From Leucoraja erinacea (Eukaryota): a stretch of DNA of 64,000 nt. Shown in pieces: positions 52,902 to 64,000 of the stretch (within the stretch, counting starts at the first letter, position 1; every line of letters starts with the position of its first letter). The position numbers and the translations under genes were made by a program. Below the pieces are notes generated by a model, which searched no databases, was not told where the DNA came from, and saw only the letters and a list, made by a program, of their open reading frames with translations. The stretch spans positions 1,178,001-1,242,000 of the forward strand of contig NC_073409.1 in NCBI RefSeq assembly GCF_028641065.1, written 5' to 3'.

Positions 52902-53143
52902 GCCGGCACGGTGGCGCAGCGGTAGAGTTGCTGCCTTGCAGCGCCGGAGACCCGGGTTCGATCCTGACTACGGGTGCGGTCTGTACATTCTCCACGTGAC
53001 CGCATTGGTTTACTCCGAGATCTTTGGTTTCATTCCACGCTACAAAGATGTAGATTGATTGACTTGGTTGCCCACAATGTGTGTAGGATATTGCTGGTCT
53101 GTGCAGATTCGGTGGGCCAGTTTCAACAATGTATCTCTAAACT
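52902..53143 (+). mobile_element. HE1-type V-SINE
   Basis: ggcacggtggcgcagcggtagagttgctgcc...ggttcgatcc. Confidence 0.8.
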
Positions 53144-54008
53144 GAGCCCAATTAAAAAGATGCTGGCTTATACCAAATGATCGGCACAAAAGTGCTTCTT
53201 TGAAGAAGGGTCCCAACCCATCCTTTTCCTCCAGAGATGCTGCCTGACCCCTCGAGTGACTCCAGCACTTTGGGTCACTCTTCAGAAAATACCATTTATA
53301 TTGAGTATTCCCAAATCACAGAACAATACAGCACAGAAACAGGCCCTTCGGCCCACGTGCTGAACATGATGCCAAGATGAACTAATCTCCTCGACCTGCA
53401 GTGATCCAAATCCACAAGTGCCTGTCTAGTGCCCCCTCTGTATGTGTATCCACCACCACTCCTGGCAGCGAGTCCCAGGCATCCACCACCCTCTTTGTAA
53501 ATCCATCAAACAAGTCTTAATATATCCCAATCCTGGAAAAGATACAACACATTGAAAGATTATTCCAGTCCCAAGCTTTCCCTCAGACAACCCACACGCT
53601 TCGTTTGTTTCCTCAGATTTGCTTTAGATGATCGTGACTTTAGGACGGAGAGAAAGATCAGCCATGATTGAATGGCGGGGTAGACTCGATGGGCCGAATG
53701 GCCTAATTCTACTCCTATTCCGTAGGACCTTGTGACAACAACAGCTGGCCAGGGGGACATCTGCCTGGAACACTAGCACCCAATCTGGCATGTACATCAT
53801 TTGCAGCGTGCTGGTGTAATGAACAAGGGCAATGTAAATACACAGAGCAGTTACAATGCAACACGCTGAGACAGACCCAAAACGCTGGAGTAACTCAGCG
53901 GGACAGGCAGCATCTGCGGGGAGAAGGAATGGGCGAGGTATCGGATCGAGAGCCTTCAGTGACAGTGACATGCATCTTCTCACCAGAGCTTAAACTAACA
54001 TGTCTTAC

Positions 54009-54071
54009 CTGTACCAGGGGAAACACACACGTTAGGAGCGCAGACAAGTAGACCTGCCGGAGCAGCTTCAT
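54009..54071 (-). CDS. ADAMTSL3: ADAMTS-like protein 3, first coding exon (signal peptide MKLLRQVYLSALLTCVFPLVQ); the exon including 5'UTR spans 54009-54097
   Basis: Minus strand reads ttttttaatatatttaattgtag|ATTACCTGG...AGC ATG AAG CTG...GTA CAG|gtaagaca. This gives an acceptor, 21 codons with a basic N-terminus and hydrophobic core, and a phase-0 GTAAGA donor that splices in frame to the 120-bp exon at 27636. It matches the recalled human layout of a short signal-peptide exon ending in Q. Confidence 0.85.
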
Positions 54072-54169
54072 GCTGAAAGCTCCACGCTCCAGGTAATCTA
54101 CAATTAAATATATTAAAAAAACATTTCAGCATTCACACGCCGACCAGTCCCCCTTCCCCGAATTGAGAA

Positions 54170-54452
54170 GGGTCTCGACCCGAAACGTCACCCATTCCTT
54201 CTCTCCACAGATGCTGCCTGTCCCGCTGAGTTACTCCAGCATTTTGTGTCTGTCTTCGGTTAAACCAGCATCTGCAGTTCCTTCCCACACTCCGGACAAG
54301 ATGGGACCTGCCAAACTTTGTATTTTGTGCTGGAACTAAGGAACTGCAGATGCCGGTTTAAATCGAAGATAGACACAAAATGCTGGAGTAACTCAGTGGG
54401 ACAGGCAGCATCTCTGGAGAGAAGGAATGGGTGACGTTTCGGGTCGAGACCC
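54170..54452. repeat. Inverted pair of Penelope-derived arms (54170-54283 and 54338-54452) in ADAMTSL3 intron 1
   Basis: Arms of about 115 bp, highly complementary, with a 54-bp spacer. Confidence 0.85.
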
Positions 54453-54539
54453 CTCGTTTGTATTTTACCGTGCCCGGATCACACAGATAATTAAGTTGGC
54501 GGAAAACAAAACACACATTTGTTGTCAAAAGCTGGTGGA

Positions 54540-55290
54540 ACAATCAGGAAGGGGCGCTCCTTCTGTGCTCGTTCACACCAAGCCGAAGGTGGGCTGGACC
54601 CGCCCGTAGAGTAGCTACAACGCTGCAACAACCTCCCGATGCATTGAGAGCAGCCCGCTTAGCACACAATCTCTGCACAGGTCTAACGCCCAGCGGCTCC
54701 AGCAACGAATGCCCGGTCTACCGGCTGCAGAGAGAACGGCTGTGTATTCTAGACACCGGTCTCTGAACCGTGCAATCAACACACACACACGACTGATTAA
54801 GATCTCACCCGTCAATGCCGTTAGGACTTGTCCCCACTAATGTACTGACTCTCGCAGCTTCGCCGCGTAGAATAAGCTGCAAATTGGCCACCGCATCAGA
54901 ATTCTCCAGCCGAGATAGAGCGAGTGTTGAAGGTAGTCAAGCCACCGGCGCTGTCAGTTCTACACTGCTCACTCCAGCTAGCGAGCGGTCAACACACAGC
55001 ACTAGACTGGCAGCCCCCGGAGCGCGTCCACACTCACTCACCCCCACACCCACACTCACAGAGAGAGAGACAGAGAGCCAGCGCCGCAGAACTCGCAGAG
55101 GCTGGGCTGTGGGAGTGTGTTACACGGCTCAGAGCCGGCCCCCTCTGCTTGCCGCCAGCTCCGATATACAGGGGAAAGCGTAGCCCCGATACAACTCCTC
55201 TCCAAACTGCGAAAGGACAAGTATTCAGATTCAGAGGCAGCCAGCCAGCAGCGAGGCGGACCATTCTTACTCTGTGGCCGTGGCTGAGTT
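54540..55290 (-). promoter_or_regulatory. CpG-island-like promoter region of ADAMTSL3
   Basis: The main extended non-repeat CpG-rich stretch in the window (cgccgcg, gcgagcgg, gcgccgc, gccggcc), immediately upstream of the first coding exon. Confidence 0.6.
54809..55130 (-). other. ADAMTSL3: Putative non-coding exon 1 of ADAMTSL3 (5' boundary uncertain)
   Basis: Unique GC/CpG-rich sequence about 700 bp upstream of the ATG exon, ending in GACGG|gtgagatc (donor after 54809). Alternative GTGAGT donors lie near 55042 and 55060. Confidence 0.55.
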
Positions 55291-55999
55291 AAGGCATGAA
55301 AACTATATTAATGTGTAGGAAGGAACTGCAGATACGGGTTTACACCGAAGATAGACAAAGTGCTGGAGTAAATCAGGCAGCATCTCTGGAGGGAACGAAT
55401 GGGTGATGTTTCGGGTCGAGACCCTTCTTCACCTAAAAAAAAGTATTCATGCTCGGTTGTAATCAAGGTTTCAAGGTGTCCTTATATCATGTATAGTCTT
55501 TCCGCTAGTAAGCAGGAAAAAAACTTGGCACTAAATGTGACGATGATCGCTCATCTAAACTCCAAAAATAACTTTAATAAAACTGTAGGAAGGAACTGCA
55601 GATGCGGGTTTATACCTAAGATAGACACAAAGTGCTGGAGTAACTCAGCGGGTCAGACAGTATCTCTGGAGAACATGGATAGGTGATGTTTCTGGTTGGA
55701 ACCAATTTTCAAACGGTAATAATCAATAACTGTTGTGCAACTTGTGTTGTCTCATCAACACTAGTCCCACCTGCTCGTGTATGGCCCATATCCCTCTCAA
55801 CTATGTACCTGCTCCAATAAAACATGGTGACCAGGGGGAAAGTAATTAGTCCTTACAACATCATAAATCAGTTACCGGTCTATGATTAGTGGGTTTTTTA
55901 TTCATGACTTAATTCTTTTTTTTTTTACTGTTTTAAGATCATTAATTTATTGTCCTACTGAAATAGTTTGGAATGAAGAGCAACTAGTTACCACATGTG

Positions 56000-56196
56000 T
56001 CTCTCTCTCCCCCCCCCTTTCTCCCCCCCCCCCCCTCCTCTTCTCTCCCCCCCCCCCCCCTCTCTCTCCCCTCCCCCCCTCCCTCTTTCTCTCTCCCCCC
56101 TCCCTCTTTCTCTCTCCCCCCCTCCCTCTTTCTCTCTCCTCCCCCCCCCCCCCCTTTCTCTCTCCCCCCCCCCCCCCCCCTCTCTTCCCCCCTTCC
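56000..56196. repeat. Pure C/T low-complexity tract (~200 bp)
   Basis: Only C and T on the plus strand. Confidence 0.9.
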
Positions 56197-57034
56197 AATA
56201 AAAACACACACACAACTTATTGCATTCATGCAAAACTGCCATCACAGAGTTGGATATAATGCACACACCACAAACCAGATCCTACACACATCCAACACAT
56301 TAGTTCTTCCTGATAATTGCTCGCTCCCGTTCAGATACGACACAGATTGTGAAAGGCCCGTTAACAATAGTTTGTTGCGGCTTTAGAAACATAGAAAATA
56401 GGATAAGGAGTAGGCCATTCGGCTATTCGAGCCTGCACCGCCACTCGATATGATCATGGCCAAAGATCATCTTTGATCAAGGCTGACTATCCAGAATCAG
56501 TACCCCGTTAATGCGTTCTCCCCACGATCCCATTATCCACAAGTGCTATATCTAACTCAACGCTGCCACGTTGAAGGGGTTATAAGAACAGAGGGACCAG
56601 TGTGCGTATTTGCAAAATCGCAAGGTGGTCGGGCAAGTTGATAAGCTGATAAAGTGAACATAGTATTTGGATATTCAAAGTGGGGTATTGAACACAAAAG
56701 CATGGAATTTGAGTTAATCTTTACAAATCTCCAATTTCATCTCACCTTGAGCACCCTGCACAGTTCAGGAGGGGTTTAGTAAGATGATCATCGTGGATGA
56801 GAGAATCTCATTATCTGGAGACGCTCAAGAAACGAGGAGTGTTCTCCTCAAGTTACAAAGATTAAGGTGAGACGTGGATTTGTTATGACTGGACTTGATG
56901 AGAAATGATTATTTCTGACAAATGGAAAAATAACCACAAGGCATGGACTTGAAATAATTGGAAAATTAAAAATGGAGTGATGATGATGAGGTATTCATAG
57001 CAGTGCATTTAAATTTGGCACACATCATCTAAAA

Positions 57035-57285
57035 CAGTAGACAATAGGTGCAGGAGTAGGTCATTCCGCCCTTCCAGCCAGTGCCACCATTCAATGTGAT
57101 CATGGCTGATCATCCCCAATCAGTACCCCGGTCCTGCCTTCTCCCCACATCCCCTGACTCTACTATTTGTAAGAGCCCTATCTAGCTCTCTCTTGAAAGT
57201 ATCCAGAGAACCAGCCTCCACCGCCCTCCGAGGCAGAGAATTCCACAGACTCACAACTCTCTCTGTGAAAAAGTGTTGCCTCACC
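57035..57285 (-). mobile_element. CR1-clade LINE 3' fragment
   Basis: Same subfamily as 2173-2708. Confidence 0.85.
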
Positions 57286-57520
57286 TGTCATGTTTAATAG
57301 ACACTTGGACAAGTACGTAAATAGGAAAAGTTAAGTGGAATATGGGCCAAATGGAACTGGCTCGTGGCAATGTGATTGGCATGATGGGCAAGTTGGGCCA
57401 AATGGTCTGTTCTCCTGCTGTTTAATTCCAAGAATGATAGAATCAGAAACCAGGAAACTTGTGCATGAAATTGGAGTGCAAACTTAAAATGTTATGGGAG
57501 AGAGGTGGGACTGAACTGTG

Positions 57521-57752
57521 NNNNNNNNNNNNNNNNNNNNNNNNNNNNNNNNNNNNNNNNNNNNNNNNNNNNNNNNNNNNNNNNNNNNNNNNNNNNNNNN
57601 NNNNNNNNNNNNNNNNNNNNNNNNNNNNNNNNNNNNNNNNNNNNNNNNNNNNNNNNNNNNNNNNNNNNNNNNNNNNNNNNNNNNNNNNNNNNNNNNNNNN
57701 NNNNNNNNNNNNNNNNNNNNNNNNNNNNNNNNNNNNNNNNNNNNNNNNNNNN
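57521..57752. other. Assembly gap
   Basis: 232 N. Confidence 1.
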
Positions 57753-58522
57753 CCATTATTAATTGGCTTTTCTCCAGGTGCTCCGGTTTCCTCCCACACT
57801 CCAAAGCCCTACAGGTTTGTAGGTCAATTGGCTTGGTATAATTGTAAATTGGCCCTGGTGTGTAGGATGGTGCTAGTGTATGGGATGAATGCTGGTCAGC
57901 ATAGACTCGGTGGGCTGAAGGACCCATTTCCACGCTGTATCTCTGAAGTGTAAATTGGACAGTTCTTCCGCCCCAGCGAGTTGGCATTAAATTTATCAAA
58001 AATCTGTTCAAATCCACTCAGGTCCATGCATTCACCAAATGCCACCAAAACAGATTTACTGGCTCCATCTGACTAACTATTTGTGAAGTTACAATGCAAA
58101 CATAACTCTTAAGTTGCATATTTACAGTCCTTTGCAAAGCTCCTGACATTTCTGTTGATAAACCTATTATGAATGCAAGATGCCACTTTCCAATCAAAAC
58201 CAGTACAGCCCTCCAGACTCAATTTTAGATAAAAATTAATTGCACCCTTCGTTTACCACCTTTCCAGCATTTACAATTTCCAATTATATCCGTATCTTGT
58301 TTACACTGCCTACAGACCACTTCACCATAATCCGTCACTAAGCTAACTCACGGTTGGCCTTCTCTCTGCTGTATTCCATCTTATCTCACACGCTTCTTCT
58401 GTTCTCTTCTCCCAGCTTAGTCTGCGCCCTGGAATTTAATTGACGTTTTCATAGCTATGAAAAAAGATCAACCCAAAACATTAATTGTCTTCATAAACGC
58501 CACTGAACTACATATTTTCCTT

Positions 58523-58868
58523 AGTAGTCACAAAATGCTGGAGTAACTCAGCGGGTGAGGCAGCATCTATGGAGAGAAGGAATGGGTGACGTTTTGGGTT
58601 GAGACCATTCTTCAGACAATTTCTTCAATCAATTATTTTGTTTTTGCTGCCGAGATCCTTCTTCAGACTGATGTCGGGTGGGATTGGAGACCCTTCTTCA
58701 GACTGATGGCGGGGGGATTGGAGACCCCCTCCTGACATCAGTCTGAAGAAGTCTCGACCCAAAACTTCACCCATTCCTTCTCCCCATAGTTGCTGCCTCT
58801 CCCGCTGAGTTACTCCAGCATTTTGTGTCTACCTTTGATTTTATCCAGCATCTGCAGTTCTTTCTTAG
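58523..58868. mobile_element. Fold-back Penelope-derived element with an internal ~31-bp duplication
   Basis: Minus arm 58527-58617 and plus arm 58741-58868, both with degenerate hammerhead cores; flanked by atattttcctt and atatttccctt. Confidence 0.7.
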
Positions 58869-59478
58869 ATATTTCCCTTTCCCTCTACCCCCTTCCATTA
58901 TCTCTCTCCCACCCCCCCACCATCTTGCTTGACATTTCCCTCTTATCTCCTCATCTGACACCCTTTTGTCTGGATTTCATATCAAGCTATTGTCCACCCT
59001 CTGTTTTATCAAACTCCCTCTCACTTGTATCCATGTCTTTTCCAGATCTCTATTCCCCACCCCCCCCCCCCCCCCCACCCCCTAACCCCCACTACAATCA
59101 GCCAGGAAATTGGTATCCACAGTTCTTTGTGACAGCCCTTTAATAAACCAACACACAAGGAACTGCAGATGTAAGAATCTTAAACACTTCAGTCTGAAGA
59201 AGGGTCCCAACCCAAATCAGCACCTATCCATGTCCTCCAGAGATATTGCCTGACCCACGGAGTTACCCCAGCACTAGATGTCATTAAATATTTCCAGCAA
59301 TGCTTTAATTAATCTATACATTCTGGACAGCTCATTTGTAATCATGTATTGTTGTTACACTGACTGGTTAGCATACACAGGTTTTTCACTGTACCTCGGT
59401 ACACATGACAAAAAACTAAACTAAACTACTCATGTCCGAGGTCTCAAAGTCTGTGTGGATGCAGACAATACCAAGGAC

Positions 59479-59752
59479 AGCATGGTGGCGCAGGGGTGGA
59501 GTTGCCAGAGACACGGGTTCGATCCTGACCACGGGTGCTGTCTGTACGTTCTCGCCGTGACAGAGTGGATTTTCTCCAGGTCCTTCGGTTTCCTCCCACA
59601 CTCAAAAGACGCACAGGTTTGTGGGTTAATTGGCTTTGGTAAGAAATGTAAGTTGTCCGTAGTGTGTAGGATAGTGCTTGTGTGCGGGGATCTCTGGTTG
59701 GTGCGGACTCGATGGGCCGAAGAGCCTGTTTCCATGCTGTATCTCCAAACTA
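59479..59752 (+). mobile_element. HE1-type V-SINE
   Basis: Consensus match. Confidence 0.8.
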
Positions 59753-59834
59753 GGTATTTGGACATAACAGCCTCCCCAGTATATTGGTTTCACTATGAAC
59801 CAACACTGCTGACCTATTTTCTGCAGATATAAAA

Positions 59835-60150
59835 CTGGAAGTCCAGAACTAGGGGGTCACAGTTTAAGGATAAGAAGGAAATCTTTTAGGACCGAGGTGA
59901 GAAAATCATTTTTCACACAGAGAGTGGTGAATCTGTGGAATTCTCTGCCACAGAAGGTAGTTGAGGCCACAGTTCATTGGCTATATTTAAGAGGGAGTTA
60001 GATGTGGCCTTTGTGGCTAAAGGGATCAGGGGGTATGGAGAGAAGGCAGGGATGGGATACCGAGTTGGATGATCAGCCATGATCATATCGAATGGCGATG
60101 CAGGCTCGAAGGGCCGAATGGCCTACTCCTGCACCTATTTTCTATGTTTG
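59835..60150 (+). mobile_element. CR1-clade LINE 3' fragment
   Basis: SRTRGHSLRIRRKSFRTEVRKSFFTQRVVNLWNSLPQ-like region plus tail. Confidence 0.88.
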
Positions 60151-61277
60151 ATCTTCAGCATATTCCCCACCAGCTGACAAAACAATCGTTACAACAGCCC
60201 GCTCTGTCATTGCAAAGTGAGCAAGGTGTTGGGCTGATTCACCTACAACTCCTCAAGGTCATATCATTCCTCAATTAACCCGTCTGCCCAACAGTAGATG
60301 AATGGCACACAAAAATTACATTCCTGCAACCTCGAGCCTCTTTGCCATCCTTTCTGTCTCCTGTGCTTTTGTTAAATGTTCAGAAGCCGAGACTAGCTTG
60401 AAGTGAAGTGAAGTGAACGGGAACAAAAAAAATACCTGAAGGTGAAAGAAAATTGCCAGGGTTCAGGAAAGAATAAAACAGTACTAACTCCAACCCTATT
60501 GAATTCTCCGCCTCAGAGGGCGGCAGAGGCTAGTTGTCTGGATGCTTTCAAGAGAGAGCTCTTAAAGATAGAGGAGTCAAGGGATGTAGGGAGAAGGCAG
60601 GAACAGCGTATTGATTGTGGATAATCAACCATGATCACATTGAACGACAGTGTTGGCTCAAGGGGCTGAATGGCCTACTTCTACACCTATTGTCTATTGA
60701 ATGGGTCAATGCCTTCCTTATCTTGGGACTACAGTTGCAAGAATTATTCTCCACATTACACCCTCTATACTATATGTATAATGGCTTCAACCATCATCTC
60801 AGTGTGATCTTTGTAATTCATATCATTGATGTAACGTGGAAGACACACATAAGAAGATTCAGATATCTGCCTTCCTTTGTTAGTCAGCAAAATCTTATCG
60901 CGGTGGATAAGAATGATAGTTTTAACTGCCTTGCTCCTGGGGAAAGCGTAGGAACACAGACAATATGAACAAGAGAGACAAACAAGGAACTTCAGATGTT
61001 GGAATCCTGTACGAAAATTGCTGGAGAAACCCAGGTGATCAGGTAGCACCTGCAAAGGGAAAGGACAGGTCGCATTTCAGGCCAGGACCCTTCTTCAAAT
61101 TAGAATTGTCGAAATGTTTCCAATTCTGTAATTAAAAACATTAACCTGCTCTCTATATATAAAACAATTCGAGGCTAGAATCTGTTGTAGCAGTAATTCC
61201 AATGACATGTTAGGATTTAGATTTGCCCTTGCACTCCAGTTCAAAATATCTTTTGCACAATAAGTCATTGGAAGGGT

Positions 61278-61550
61278 TTAGTTTTTTGAGATCCAGTGCA
61301 GAAACAGGCCCTTCAGCCCACATAGGTCACCAACCAATGATCCCTGTACACCAGTACTATCCTACAGACTAGGTACAAATTACAATTCTACCAAAGCCAA
61401 TTTAACCTGTACGCCTTTGGAGTGTGTGTGGAAACTGGAGCACCCGGAGAAACCCCACGCAGTCACAGGGAGAGCGTACAAACTCCGCACAGACAGCACC
61501 TGTAGATAAGATCGAACCCGGGTCTCTGGCGCTATAGTGCATCGACTCTA
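61278..61550 (-). mobile_element. HE1-type V-SINE
   Basis: Consensus match. Confidence 0.8.
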
Positions 61551-62569
61551 ACACCAAGCTGCCCAGATGTTGGAATATCAACAGTGGGAAGTCAAAATGC
61601 AGTTATTTCATGGATTCAGTAAAAAACTAAATCCATATCAGGAAATGGAAATTAATTGCACATCTCCTTAACCAATGAGATTAAAAGATTAAGAATTAAA
61701 TAGGAGATTAGAAATCAATAGGTTTGAAAAGGAAAATAAATTTAGTCAAAATGAAAAAGCAAGAAAATTACAATCTGTTAAAATAATTGACAATTTGAAA
61801 GAATAGAGGTTTGTTTTGTAGCACTAGAGTCGACTGGAAGTTATTGACACTGCTTGTAATTCTGGCACCAAATAGCCAAGGCAGTGTTGCCTCATATCAC
61901 ACACAGCACAGTATTGACTTTGCAGGAACACGAGGGAGAAGTCAGATAACAAAATGTCCTTTTTACAAGCAAGCTACCAACACAAGAATGCTAACCAGAG
62001 AACAAACTTAAATCATTTCGGGTTCAAATAATCGAGCCTAAATCCAATTACTTGCAAAAATAATTTAGATAATGGAATCCATCTGAAGACCATCGTCACT
62101 TATGCAGAAACAAATGGTGTGATATTGATGGCAAATACTGGCCAATCATCCTTCAACTTTCTCACCTTAGTTCTGGAAAGTCTATTTATTTTGCTTTTCC
62201 CAATTGTCCTGTAAATGAGGACTAAATTGTGTGCCTGCTTTATGAGTGAGCATTTTCAATTGGGATTCCAAGCCTTGTTAATTTAATGAGAGGCCGTTAA
62301 GAGATAAACATGCAGAGCGTCATTAGTAGATTGGATGCAACAGATCCCATGCGCATCCAACCATGCAGCAGTTTAAGGTTTTGTGCAATCATCAGCTAAC
62401 TCACAAATTTCTTTAGTCAGCAGGTGGTGAATCTGTGGAATTCATTGCCACAGATGGCAGCGGAGGCCAAGTCATTGGGTATTTTTAAGGTGGGGATTAA
62501 TTGACAAATTCTTGATTAGTAAGGGTCTCTAAGATTATGGGGAGAAGGCAGGAGAATGGGGTTGAGAAT

Positions 62570-63085
62570 AGGGAAGAGGATCAATAATGAGGTCTCAATA
62601 TACACAGGTGAAATGATTGCAATATTGTTAGCAGTACAGTGGGTCGAGGATACTAGGCCTTTAAGGACAGTTATTTGTTCAATCAAGTCAGCAATAAAGA
62701 GTTTACAGCACAGTCATTCAGACAAATTTGATAGAAATAGTCAGATGGGGCGGGTACCAGGGCATCTGTGGATTTAAGTTTAACATAGGTAAAACTGCAA
62801 AGACACAAAGATGAAGTGGCAAAAGCAATGGGAGGAAGGAGGTTCCACAGTCATTGGAAAGTGGGATTTTTGCAAAAGAACAGTGGGGATGATTTCAATT
62901 TAGATTTGGACACACTTCTTGATTAGTAAGGGTCTCTAAGAGAGGTATGGGAGAGAGAGAACGGATGAGAGCATGGAAGGAGTACAATTTGATTTGGTAG
63001 ATATTTTGCAAGGGAGTTCAAATAAGTGCTATCAAATCCTGATGCTTTTTCTTAGGGTAACCAATTTGTTCGGAAGGATATAGGT
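62570..63085 (+). mobile_element. I-group (Nimb-like) LINE 3' fragment with RNase H domain, heavily deleted
   Basis: GKRINNEVSIYTGEMIAILLAVQWVEDTRPLRTVICS...VPGH resembles the I/Nimb RNase H motifs (SvyTaE.iAi.lAl; iCSDS; WVPaH.Gi). A later FRFGHT motif and C-terminus ...TNLFGRI* fit the same ORF. Confidence 0.75.
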
Positions 63086-63197
63086 TATTAGAATGAATGG
63101 CGGAGATAGACTCTATGGGCCAAAAGGTTTGTCAACTAATTGTGTTACTAAAGGTGGCTTATTGAATGGCGGAGTTCTAGGGCCAAAAGGCCTACAG

Positions 63198-63492
63198 CGT
63201 TTAGAAATACAGCGCAGAAATAGGCCCTTCAGCCCACTGGGTTTGTGCTAATCGGGCAATCCCTGAACACTAACACTATCATAAACATGAGGGATAATTT
63301 ACAATTATACCAAGCCTATTTAACCTACAGGCCTGTACATCTTTGGATTGTGAGAGGAAACCAGAGCACCCGGAGAAAACCAAAGTGGTCACGGGGAGAA
63401 CATACAAACTGCGTACATACAGCACATTGGTGAAGATTGAACCCGGGTCTCTGGCGCTGTAAAGCAGCATCTCTACTGCTGTGCCACCATGC
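63198..63492 (-). mobile_element. HE1-type V-SINE
   Basis: Consensus match. Confidence 0.8.
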
Positions 63493-64000
63493 TGCGCTTC
63501 TAAACATAAACATTTATTGAGGTCAATAACATTCGAAGCTACTATATTCCTGGCCTAACTATTCCAGACTAGTCACCCATTCCTTCTCTACAGTGATGCT
63601 GCCTGACCTGCTGAGTTACTCCAGCTTCTATCTTCATCTATATGTTTCTATCTTTGGTGTAAGCCAGTGTCTGCAGTTCCTTCCCACACATCACAATTTG
63701 GATGTAGATCGGTATATGAGCTAGTGCTGTTTAGAGATACAGCACAGAAACAGGCCCTTCGGCCCACCGAGTCCACAACCAACCAGCGATCCCCGCACAC
63801 TAATCACACTAATCACACACACACACACACACACACACGACAGTTTTACATTTATACCAATTAACCTACAAACCTGTACGTCTTTAGAATGTGGGAGGAA
63901 ACTGAAGATCTTGGAGGCCAAGTCAGTGGACATTTTTGAGGCAGAGATAGATTCTTGATTAGTCAGAGGTTATGGGGAGAAGGCAGGAGAATGGGGTTAC

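Larger units (their letters stand above)
27637..54008 (-). other. ADAMTSL3: ADAMTSL3 intron (26.4 kb) between the two coding exons
   Basis: GT at 54008, AG at 27637, phase 0; joining the exons gives a continuous signal peptide plus N-terminal segment. Confidence 0.8.

Noticed and set aside
55882-56386. Pro-rich and Gly/Glu/Arg-rich ORFs (also 7077-7577 and 58790-59143)
   Set aside because: Translations of C/T or poly-G low-complexity tracts.
55300-64000. 3' exons of an upstream neighbour (SH3GL3 in human synteny, from memory)
   Set aside because: No SH3-domain or other recognisable coding exon was seen.

Overview
Vertebrate genomic DNA, very likely an elasmobranch (shark, skate or ray), judged from the HE1/V-SINE and CR1 repeat content. 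It is dense in repeats and has two assembly gaps. The only host gene I can support is the 5' end of ADAMTSL3 (punctin-2) on the minus strand. It has a CpG-rich promoter and putative non-coding exon 1 (~54.8-55.2 kb), a signal-peptide exon (CDS 54071-54009, MKLLRQVYLSALLTCVFPLVQ) and a 120-bp exon (27636-27517, GNGDQSDTVYFVPEFALSPQGSFLEDTTGEQALTYRYDDQ). Everything below 27517 is the next intron. None of these exons is in the ORF track; its ORFs are retroelement fragments or chance ORFs. Repeats include about 30 HE1-type tRNA-derived SINEs, many CR1 and Rex1/Babar LINE fragments, one I-group/Nimb-like RNase H fragment, Harbinger-like MITEs and a probable Helitron 5' end. The most notable signal is a Penelope-derived short element carrying a minimal hammerhead-ribozyme motif (CTGAAGA-A-GGGTC-TC-GACCC-GAAAC-GTC). 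It occurs in more than 20 copies: single arms, fold-back dimers with 11-15-bp flanking direct repeats, and 66-bp tandem arrays. One near-perfect inverted pair sits just upstream of the ADAMTSL3 start-codon exon. All family assignments come from recalled motifs, not database searches; repeat boundaries are approximate.
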